Assembly (NCBI GenBank): GCA_963716945.1
Contig: OY970322.1
Span: forward strand, 570,001-602,000
Source of the DNA: Candidatus Saccharimonadota bacterium
Lineage (GTDB): Bacteria; Patescibacteriota; Saccharimonadia; Saccharimonadales; UBA4665
Direction: 5' to 3'
Length of the DNA stretch: 32,000 nt
Shown here piece by piece: positions 1 to 7,414 of this stretch (positions are counted from its first letter, which is position 1; each line of letters begins with the position of its first letter). The notes beneath the pieces were generated by a model. That model was not told where the DNA came from. It searched no databases and saw only the letters and a list, made by a program, of their open reading frames with translations. Position numbers and translations under genes: made by a program.

Positions 1-457
1 CGATTGATTCCAGCCGGACGCCTTCGCGCAGGTACTTGTCGGCGGCCACGTAAGCGATACCGGATTTCGTGCTGCCTTGCGCGTCCTTGCCGGCTTCGCG
101 CAAACTATCGAGGATAATGTGGTGCGGCAGAACCAGGTGGGCGGCATCGCTGATAAGCAGGTTTTTGGGCGACACGGACAAGCCGCCGCTGCGGATGGTA
201 GCCATCTCTTCGATGAGTTTCGGCGGGTCCAGGTAAACGCCGCTGCCGATGATGTTCAGCTTGCCGGGATAAGCTACGCCTGATGGTATCTGGTGCAAAG
301 CCAGCGGTTCGTCGCCGATTTTGGGTATGACGGTATGGCCGGCGTTGGCACCGCCGTTGGCACGGGCGATAATGGCATAATCACCCGCCACGAGATCGAC
401 GAAACGGCCTTTGCCCTCGTCGCCCCTCTGCAACCCAACAATCACATCTAAAGGCAT
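1..457 (-). CDS. purA: Adenylosuccinate synthetase, N-terminal ~152 codons (the rest runs off the left edge of the window)
   Basis: My own reverse-strand translation from the ATG at 457-455 gives MPLDVIVGLQRGDEGKGRFVDLVAGDYAIIARANGGANAGHTV... It carries the GDEGKG P-loop and the GG-x-NAGHT motif typical of PurA. It is absent from the ORF track because there is no stop codon inside the window. Confidence 0.85.
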   Translation of the reverse strand, partial: MPLDVIVGLQRGDEGKGRFVDLVAGDYAIIARANGGANAGHTVIPKIGDEPLALHQIPSGVAYPGKLNIIGSGVYLDPPKLIEEMATIRSGGLSVSPKNLLISDAAHLVLPHHIILDSLREAGKDAQGSTKSGIAYVAADKYLREGVRLESI

Positions 458-497
458 ACCTGATAGAGCATACCGTTCCAAGCTTGAATAATCAAGG

Positions 498-1472
498 TTA
501 GATCTGGTTTTGGCCTTCGAAAATAGCCGAAAGCGAGTTGCCGCTGGCCACGGCGTCGATGGCGTCGGCTACCAGCTGGGCTACCGACAGGACTTCGATT
601 TTGTCGGTGATACCTTTGCTGTCGACCGGCACGGTATTGGTAACGATTACCCTCTTGAACGCCGAAGCTTCGATGCGTTCCAAGGCTGTGCCGGATAGGA
701 TGCCGTGCGTAGCCAGGCCGTAAACTGATTTGGCGCCTTTGTCCTTAAGCATGTCGGCCGCCGCGCAGAACGTGCCGGCCGTGTCAATCATGTCGTCGAC
801 GATAATGCAGACCCGGCCGCGGACGTTGCCGATCAGCTGTTTGGCTTCGACGCTGTTGTGCTTGGTCGTGGAACGGGTTTTGTGGATGATGGCCATGTCG
901 GCGCCGAACGAGCTGCTGTAGCGCTCGGTCATCTTGACGCGGCCGGCGTCCGGTGACACGAAGACGATGTCGTTGCCGAAGTTGTCTTTGATGTACTTCT
1001 TGAATAACGGCATGGCGATCAAATGGTCGAACGGCCCGTCGAAGAAGCCCTGCGTCTGTCCGGAATGCAGGTCGACGCTCATGATGCGGTCGGCGCCGGC
1101 GGCCGATAACATGTCTACAAGTAAACGGGCCCCGATTGGTTCGCGGCCCGCTGATTTACGATCTTGCCTAGCATAGCTAAGCAAGGGGCACACGGCCGTA
1201 ATGCTGCGGGCGGACGCCCGCTTGGCGGCATCAATCATTAAAAGCTGCTCGAAAATCGATTCGTGGACCCGCGTACCATGGCTCTGAATAATAAAAACGT
1301 CATTGCCGCGCAATGACTCGTTGAAGCGAATGCTGACTTCGCCGTTAGCGAAGTTGCTCACCTTAATATTGCTTAATTTCATGCCCATGCAGGCGGCGAT
1401 TTCGGCGGCCAGTTCGGGATGGGCGCGACCACTAAGCAGCTGCAAGCGATGAGTGGTCCCGACACGATTCAT
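498..1472 (-). CDS. prs: Ribose-phosphate pyrophosphokinase (PRPP synthetase)
   Basis: 324-aa ORF with DLHSGQTQGFF, VSPDAGRVKMTERY and the PRPP-binding loop CIIVDDMIDTAGT. It lies 40 bp upstream of purA on the same strand. Confidence 0.93.
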   Translation of the reverse strand: MNRVGTTHRLQLLSGRAHPELAAEIAACMGMKLSNIKVSNFANGEVSIRFNESLRGNDVFIIQSHGTRVHESIFEQLLMIDAAKRASARSITAVCPLLSYARQDRKSAGREPIGARLLVDMLSAAGADRIMSVDLHSGQTQGFFDGPFDHLIAMPLFKKYIKDNFGNDIVFVSPDAGRVKMTERYSSSFGADMAIIHKTRSTTKHNSVEAKQLIGNVRGRVCIIVDDMIDTAGTFCAAADMLKDKGAKSVYGLATHGILSGTALERIEASAFKRVIVTNTVPVDSKGITDKIEVLSVAQLVADAIDAVASGNSLSAIFEGQNQI

Positions 1473-1628
1473 ATTTCCAGTGTAGCTAGCGTGTTCGTCC
1501 TGCGCAAGCCCGGATTATTAAAAACTTGACTTTACACCGATAAAAGCTTAAACTTTTGTGTAATTGAGATGATAATTTTGCAAAAATGATTCATTTCAGA
1601 GCATGTAAACTTAATTTTTGAGGCAAAT

Positions 1629-3266
1629 ATGGCACTAAAGAGCAAAAATGAGTATGTCAAAGTAGCTTCCCACGAGGGCCGTAAAGGCGAAGTCAAGAAG
1701 GTAGTTCTCCTCTATTCCGGCGGTTTGGACACTTCGACTATGGTCAAATGGATCCAGGAAGAATACAAAGCCGAAGTCATTGCCCTGACGATCGACATCG
1801 GCCAGCAGACCGACGACCTGGAAGCCATTCGCCAGAAGGCGCTCGACCTCGGTGCCGCCAAAGCCATAGTCATCGACGCCCGCGAAGAGTTCGCCGAAGA
1901 GTACATCGCCCGCGGCATTAAGGCCAACGGCATGTACCAGGGCCGCTACTACTTGTCGACGCCGCTCGGCCGGCCGCTGCTGGCTAAGTGGGCCGTCAAG
2001 ATTGCCGCCCAGGAAGGCGCCGACGCCATCGCCCACGGCGCCACCGGCAAAGGCAACGACCAGATCCGCATGGAGGGCTCTGCCTTGGCGCTTAACCCCG
2101 ATATCAAGATCATCGCCCCGGTCCGCGAATGGGGCATGGGCCGCGACGAACAGCTGGAGTATTGCCGCCAGCACGGCATTCCGGTCAAGCAAACCAAGGA
2201 CAAACCCTATTCTTATGACGACAACATGTGGGGCGTGACCGGCGAAGGCGGCGAGATCGAAAACCCGGCCCTGGTACCGCCGCTCGAAAAGATTCTCCAG
2301 GTTTGCAAGACTCCCGAAAAGGCCAAGAACACTCCGGAGTACATCAAGCTGGAATTCGAAAAGGGCCTGCCGGTAGCCGTCGACAAGAAGCAAATGGGTC
2401 TGGTCGAGATCATCGGCCAGCTCAACAAACGCGCCGCCCAGCATGCTATCGGTATCGTCCACTTGCTCGAAGACCGGGTTATCGGCCTCAAGGTCCGCGG
2501 CATTTACGAGGCCCCGGCCGCCGAAACCATCATCACTGCCCACAAGGCCTTGGAGCGCTACACCTCGACCCGGCTGGAGAACGAGTTTAAGAGCATTGTC
2601 GATGAGAAATGGGCTTACTTATGTTACGGCGCCCTGTGGTTCGAGCCGCTGATGGACGACCTCAACGCCTACGAGGACAAAGTTAATGAAAAGATAACAG
2701 GCACCGTTACCGTCAAGCTGTTCAAGGGCCATGTCGAAGCCGTCGCCGTCGAGACGCCTAACACCATATTCGACGAGAAGCTAGCGACTTTCATGGAAGA
2801 CGGCAGCCACTTCAATCAGAACGCCTCGGCCGGCTTCATCGAGCACTACACTTTGCAAATGAAACTGGCCCAGCGCCGCAAGCATACCGCCTTGCTGGCT
2901 ATCGGCGGCCGCGACAAGAAGCTTAAGCTGCTGCCGCAGCTTAAGTCCCTCAACAGTATGGGGTACCAGCTGTATGCGACCTACAAGACCCATAAGTTCC
3001 TCAAGAGCCACGGTATCGAAGCCATCCTGGTCAATAAGATCAGCTCGCCCGAACTGAAGCCCAACCTGGCCGACCTGCTCGATGCCAACCGTTTCGATAT
3101 CATCATCAATATCCCGACCGGCACCGACCGCGAAGAGAGCAAGGCCAAAGAAAAGACCGACGGCCAGACCATCCGCGAAAAGGCCGTTAAGGCCAACGTC
3201 ACCCTGATTACTACCGTTTCGGTCGCCAAAGAAGTCGTTTCCAAGCTCGAGAAGGCCCGGGTGTAG
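1629..3266 (+). CDS. argG: Argininosuccinate synthase-like enzyme (aa ~1-410) fused to a C-terminal MGS-like (CarB allosteric-domain-like) module (aa ~415-545)
   Basis: N-terminal PP-loop YSGGLDTS, GATGKGNDQIRME and YSYDDNMWG are ArgG hallmarks. The tail HTALLAIGGRDKK...GYQLYATYKTHKFLKSHGIEAILVNK...FDIIINIPTG...IREKAVKANVTLITT aligns by eye to the C-terminal allosteric (MGS-like) domain of carbamoyl-phosphate synthetase large subunit. GAGG lies 6 nt upstream of the ATG. Confidence 0.85.
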   Translation: MALKSKNEYVKVASHEGRKGEVKKVVLLYSGGLDTSTMVKWIQEEYKAEVIALTIDIGQQTDDLEAIRQKALDLGAAKAIVIDAREEFAEEYIARGIKANGMYQGRYYLSTPLGRPLLAKWAVKIAAQEGADAIAHGATGKGNDQIRMEGSALALNPDIKIIAPVREWGMGRDEQLEYCRQHGIPVKQTKDKPYSYDDNMWGVTGEGGEIENPALVPPLEKILQVCKTPEKAKNTPEYIKLEFEKGLPVAVDKKQMGLVEIIGQLNKRAAQHAIGIVHLLEDRVIGLKVRGIYEAPAAETIITAHKALERYTSTRLENEFKSIVDEKWAYLCYGALWFEPLMDDLNAYEDKVNEKITGTVTVKLFKGHVEAVAVETPNTIFDEKLATFMEDGSHFNQNASAGFIEHYTLQMKLAQRRKHTALLAIGGRDKKLKLLPQLKSLNSMGYQLYATYKTHKFLKSHGIEAILVNKISSPELKPNLADLLDANRFDIIINIPTGTDREESKAKEKTDGQTIREKAVKANVTLITTVSVAKEVVSKLEKARV

Positions 3267-3291
3267 GTGCTATGCCCGAGGTGGAGCCTAA

Positions 3292-4269
3292 ATGACAAAG
3301 CCGAGTTATTTTGACCCCAAGCAAGCCCTTTTAGAAAAAATACGGCAACGCGGCGGCTGGGTTAACGCCCACAGCCACATTGATCGGGCGTACATACTGA
3401 CTGAAGAGAATTTCCAGCTTTCCAACGCCTCGTTACAGCAGAAATGGGCTTTGCCCGACGAGTTCAAAGCCAAGGCCAGCGTTGACGACATTTACGGCAA
3501 TATGACCTTGGCTGTCGAAACCATGTGCGCCCAGGGCGTACGGGCCATGGCCTCGTTCATCGACGTTGATCCGGTTATCGAGGACAAGGCCATCAAAGCG
3601 GCGCGAAAAGTCCGTGATAACTTCAAGGGCCAAATCGAAATACGCTTCGTCAACCAGGTCGTCAAAGGCGTAATCGACCCCGAAGCCCGTAAATGGTTTG
3701 AAATCGGTGCCGAGTTCGCCGACATTATCGGCGGTCTGCCCGAAAAGGACGAAGGCCGCGAGGCCGAACACCTCGATATATTGTTTGAGACGGCTAAGAA
3801 GTATGGCGGCAAACCGCTGCATGTCCATGTCGACCAGTACGGTCTGCCTTCGCAGCGTGATACCGAGCTGCTGGCCAAAAAGACAATCGAGCACGGCTAC
3901 CAAGGCAAGGTCGCGGCCGTGCACGGCATTTCCATCGCTGCCCAGACTAAGGACTACCGCGAAAAGTTGTACAAGTTGATGAACGAAGCCGGACTGCTGG
4001 TCGTTACTTGTCCGCTGGCCTACATCGCCAGCCACCGCAGCGAAGAATTGGCGCCGCTGCATAACTCCATCGCGCCGGTTGAAGAAATGATCCAAGCCGG
4101 ATTGACGGTCGGCATGGGCACCGACAACATCCACGACATATATATGCCGTTCGCCGATGGCGACATGTGGTCGGAAATGCGGGTGCTGCTGGAGGCCTGC
4201 TATATCCGGGACCTCGATGTTTTGGCTGACATCGCGACCGTTAACGGCCTGAAAACCTTATTTTTGTAG
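3292..4269 (+). CDS. Metal-dependent amidohydrolase, cytosine-deaminase (CodA)-like family. Substrate unknown.
   Basis: HxH metal motif (VNAHSHIDRAY), HVHVDQ, and the C-terminal GMGTDNIHDIYMPFADGDMW, which resembles the CodA-type GxD(D/N)..D.W.P.G..D motif. At 325 aa it is shorter than E. coli CodA. RBS GGTGGAG lies upstream. Confidence 0.65.
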   Translation: MTKPSYFDPKQALLEKIRQRGGWVNAHSHIDRAYILTEENFQLSNASLQQKWALPDEFKAKASVDDIYGNMTLAVETMCAQGVRAMASFIDVDPVIEDKAIKAARKVRDNFKGQIEIRFVNQVVKGVIDPEARKWFEIGAEFADIIGGLPEKDEGREAEHLDILFETAKKYGGKPLHVHVDQYGLPSQRDTELLAKKTIEHGYQGKVAAVHGISIAAQTKDYREKLYKLMNEAGLLVVTCPLAYIASHRSEELAPLHNSIAPVEEMIQAGLTVGMGTDNIHDIYMPFADGDMWSEMRVLLEACYIRDLDVLADIATVNGLKTLFL

Positions 4270-4303
4270 CTACCTATTCCGGCGTCGGTGCTAGACTAAA
4301 ATT

Positions 4304-4885
4304 ATGAAATACAAGGTTGGCGTTTACGGTTCCGCGGCCGGGGATTACGAGGCCTTTTTACCGATTGCGGCGAAAGTCGGTCAGGCCCTCGCCGAACATG
4401 CCGATTCGGTAATCGTGATAACCGGAGCCTGTCCCGGCCTGCCGTACGCCGCGGCCAAGACGGCCGCCGCTCAAGGGGTTGAGGTATGGGGCTTTTCGTC
4501 ATCACCCAGTGAGGCCGTCCAACGCCAGGAATACGCCGCCGACGATCTGAGCATTTACGCCAAGCTGGTCTACGTGCCCCAAGACTTCCCGTTTGCGGAT
4601 AGTGACCAGGCCTGCAAAAAGTACCGCAACGTTATTTCGACGGCCAATTGCGACGCCGCTATCATCATGTCGGGGCGTTGGGGCAGTTTGAACGAATTCA
4701 CAGATCTTATTGATATGGGCAAAACTGTCGGCGTCTTGACCGGCAGCGGCGGCATCGCCGACGAGCTGCCCGCGCTAAGCCGGAAAATATCAAAAGCCGG
4801 CCAAGGCGAGTTATTGTTTGATGGTGATGCCGGCCGGCTGGTCGAAAAGCTGCTTAGCTCTTTGAAGCTTTCAGCGCCAACTTGA
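4304..4885 (+). CDS. LOG/TIGR00725-like Rossmann-fold protein (possible nucleotide N-glycosidase, SLOG superfamily)
   Basis: The 193-aa ORF has the pattern VGVYGSAAG...VITGACPGLPYAAAKTAAAQG..VWGF...IIMSGRWGSLNEF...TGSGGIADEL, which resembles LOG-family GGxG...PGGxGTxxE architecture in divergent form. The assignment is by pattern only. Confidence 0.45.
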   Translation: MKYKVGVYGSAAGDYEAFLPIAAKVGQALAEHADSVIVITGACPGLPYAAAKTAAAQGVEVWGFSSSPSEAVQRQEYAADDLSIYAKLVYVPQDFPFADSDQACKKYRNVISTANCDAAIIMSGRWGSLNEFTDLIDMGKTVGVLTGSGGIADELPALSRKISKAGQGELLFDGDAGRLVEKLLSSLKLSAPT

Positions 4886-5966
4886 TCTCGGCGGCCAGGT
4901 TGGGGTTGTACATGGCGCCGGTAGCTGACAAAACTACGTCGGCCCCGGCCTGGCGGTACTCCATGAAATCCCGGGCGTTGAGGACGCCGCCGATACTGAA
5001 AATTTCATAATGCAGCCTCTCCCGCTCACGGAGCTCGAACAGGCGCCGGGTCATATCCAGGCCGATCTCTTTTATGGCGTGGCCGGAGACGCCGGCCTTG
5101 AGCCTGCCCTTGCCGGGCAGGGCCTGCTGGCCGGCATCGTCTACTACCGGTGCCGCGTAAGTATTGATGGCGCTGATGGCCTCGACATAAGGGTCGACGG
5201 CGATGAACATCTCCTCGAACAGGCCTTGCACGGCTTGCGGGAAATAGCCGAATTTGGCGATGACGGGCGTTTCGCCGACGACCTCTTTGACCAGCTTGCA
5301 GACCTGAAGTACGGCCTCGGGGTCGTAGCATAAAACGCCTTCGTTGGAGACGTTCGGGCATGACAGGTTGATTTCGATTGCCCGGGCGCCGCTGCCCTTG
5401 GCCAGCAAAGCCGTTTTGGCGAAGTCTTCGTAATAGTCATCGGTCGTGAAGCCCGGCTGGATAGTGCCGACAATGCTGTTAATCAACAGCCGCCCCCGCT
5501 TCTCCAGACTATAGCTGTTAGCCTTGCGGCCATCCGGCATCCAGTAGCTGGGGTCGATCGAATTATTGCCGAAAGAATTGGCTATAGTCAGGGTGCTATA
5601 GTCGCTGTCAGACGTAGTCGTGCGGCTGGGCAAGGCTTCAAAATCGTGGTGCGGCAAAAGCTTGCCGGGCACGATGTGCACGACGTTGGCGAAGGGCTGG
5701 GGGGCGAAGTGCACGCTGCGCCGGGTTTTGGTGGTTACGATGTCGTAGCCGTTATCGAACATGGTCTTGATGTAGCGGCTGTCGGCGCCTGTCGGGCACG
5801 AGGCCGAACCGAAGGGCGAGTTGACTTTGAAACCGAGGGCCTGGTAATCGCCGGCTTTGGCGGGGGCCTTTAGGGTGGCTTTGAATTTTTTAGACGGGCC
5901 GGCTTCGAGATTGTCGTTATAAGTCTTGGATATGTCGTAAATTGGCTGATAAACCGTCTTTCCCAT
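4854..5966 (-). CDS. pyrD: Dihydroorotate dehydrogenase-like flavoenzyme (class 1-like, Cys active-site loop)
   Basis: EINLSCPNV active-site loop, NSPFGSAS, VTTKT, ANSFGNNS, SIGGV and LSATGA segments are collinear with class 1 DHODH. The start is set at internal ATG 5966 (MGKTVYQ...), because the track start at 6113 would overlap pyrF by 120-138 nt depending on its start. Confidence 0.7.
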   Translation of the reverse strand: MGKTVYQPIYDISKTYNDNLEAGPSKKFKATLKAPAKAGDYQALGFKVNSPFGSASCPTGADSRYIKTMFDNGYDIVTTKTRRSVHFAPQPFANVVHIVPGKLLPHHDFEALPSRTTTSDSDYSTLTIANSFGNNSIDPSYWMPDGRKANSYSLEKRGRLLINSIVGTIQPGFTTDDYYEDFAKTALLAKGSGARAIEINLSCPNVSNEGVLCYDPEAVLQVCKLVKEVVGETPVIAKFGYFPQAVQGLFEEMFIAVDPYVEAISAINTYAAPVVDDAGQQALPGKGRLKAGVSGHAIKEIGLDMTRRLFELRERERLHYEIFSIGGVLNARDFMEYRQAGADVVLSATGAMYNPNLAAEIKLALKASKS

Positions 5967-5993
5967 ATCTTTTATATGATAACATATAGACAG

Positions 5994-6809
5994 ATGACGT
6001 TTCTGCAGAAACTTGGGGCGGCCGTGGCCAAAAATGACTCTTTGCTGTGTGTCGGCCTTGACCCGGACTTGGCTAAACTGCCCGAAGGATTTAACCAGCT
6101 TAGCTTTAACCAAGCCATCATTGACGCTACTGCGGACCTGGTCTGCGCCTTCAAGCCCAACCCCGCCTTTTATGAAGCCTTAGGGGTTGAAGGTATAGGC
6201 TACTTGGAGGACACTTGTCGCTATATCAAGCAAAAGTACCCGGCTATACCGATAATTCTCGACGCCAAACGCGGCGATATCGGTAATACCAATCGGGCAT
6301 ACGCGCGGGCGGTATTTGACGTTCTGCAAGCCGACGCCGTGACGTTGCACCCTTACTTTGGTAAAGATTCGTTAATGCCCTTTCTGGAGTACAAGGACAA
6401 AGGCATGATCATCCTGTGCAAATCGACGAATTCGGGCAGCGGCGAGTTGCAGGATCTAACGGTCGAAGGCATGAAGCTATACGAATACGTGGCGCGTAAG
6501 GTAACGCAAGACTGGAATGAAAACGGCAACTGCCTGCTCATGGTGGGCGCCACCTACCCGGAGGAACTGGCAGCCGTTCGAAAGATAGCCGGATCCATGC
6601 CGATCCTGGTGCCGGGCATCGGCGCCCAGCAAGGCGACATGCAGGCTATGCTGGCCGCCGGTTTGACGCCTGACGGCACGGGCCTGATTATCAATTCGTC
6701 ACGGGACATTATATTTGCCGCCGGCGGTCCGGATTTTGCCGAGGCGGCCCGCCAAAAAGCTTCGGAATCACGCGATGCGATTAACAAGTACAGAGGAGGC
6801 ACGATATGA
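5994..6809 (+). CDS. pyrF: Orotidine 5'-phosphate decarboxylase (long/type 2 form)
   Basis: GLDPD..., LDAKRGDIGNT catalytic motif and PGIGAQQGD. The start is either ATG 5994 (MTFLQKLG) or ATG 5976. Its stop overlaps the pyrE start (ATGA at 6806-6809). Confidence 0.9.
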   Translation: MTFLQKLGAAVAKNDSLLCVGLDPDLAKLPEGFNQLSFNQAIIDATADLVCAFKPNPAFYEALGVEGIGYLEDTCRYIKQKYPAIPIILDAKRGDIGNTNRAYARAVFDVLQADAVTLHPYFGKDSLMPFLEYKDKGMIILCKSTNSGSGELQDLTVEGMKLYEYVARKVTQDWNENGNCLLMVGATYPEELAAVRKIAGSMPILVPGIGAQQGDMQAMLAAGLTPDGTGLIINSSRDIIFAAGGPDFAEAARQKASESRDAINKYRGGTI

Positions 6810-7414
6810 CTAACCGGGAGCAAAAGATCGAGCTGGCGCTTGATCTGCATGATATCGGAGCGCTTAAATTTGGCGAATTCACTTTCAAGAGCGGAATTGT
6901 CAGTCCCATATATGTGGACCTCCGACTATTCATTAGCTACCCGAAGATTCTGAAAAAAGTGGCCAAGCTCTATGCTGCCCAATTGGAATCAGTCAAGTAT
7001 GATCGCTTAGCCGGCGTAGCTTATGCCGCCTTGCCGATTGCCGGCGCCATCAGTCTGGAGCTTGAACGGCCTTGGATCTTCATGCGTAAGGAAGGCCTCA
7101 AAAAAGGCTATGGCTTGCAAAAAAGCCTTGAAGGTGAATATAAGCCGGGCGAAACGGTAGTAATGATCGAGGATTTGGTAACCCGGGCTACTTCCCTGCT
7201 CGAGGCTATACCGGCTATAGAGGAACACGGGCTGATTATCAAGGATGCCGTAGTCCTACTGGATTACGGCAAGGGCGGCGGCCAAGCGCTTGAGGCCAAA
7301 GGCTACAAATTGCACGCTTTCATGACCATGCGCGAAATGGTCGACATCATGCATGCCGAGGGCAAGATCGATGACGCCAAGCATAAGCAATCGATTGAAT
7401 TTTTAGCGGGCTAA
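6806..7414 (+). CDS. pyrE: Orotate phosphoribosyltransferase
   Basis: [19 protein letters not shown] and the PRPP-binding loop [13 protein letters not shown]. Translationally coupled to pyrF. Confidence 0.9.
   Translation: MTNREQKIELALDLHDIGALKFGEFTFKSGIVSPIYVDLRLFISYPKILKKVAKLYAAQLESVKYDRLAGVAYAALPIAGAISLELERPWIFMRKEGLKKGYGLQKSLEGEYKPGETVVMIEDLVTRATSLLEAIPAIEEHGLIIKDAVVLLDYGKGGGQALEAKGYKLHAFMTMREMVDIMHAEGKIDDAKHKQSIEFLAG

Noticed and set aside
1635-2543. 302-aa minus-strand ORF antisense to the argG-like gene, plus several shorter overlapping ORFs in 1712-3298
   Set aside because: This is a shadow ORF of a GC-rich coding region. Its composition is low-complexity (G/A/D/V/L-rich) and I recognise no motif. 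The opposite strand carries unambiguous ArgG motifs.
5967-6113. Longer start for the pyrD-like gene at 6113
   Set aside because: It would overlap pyrF by 120-138 nt depending on the pyrF start, and it adds a basic non-homologous peptide. The internal ATG at 5966 is preferred, though this is not proven.
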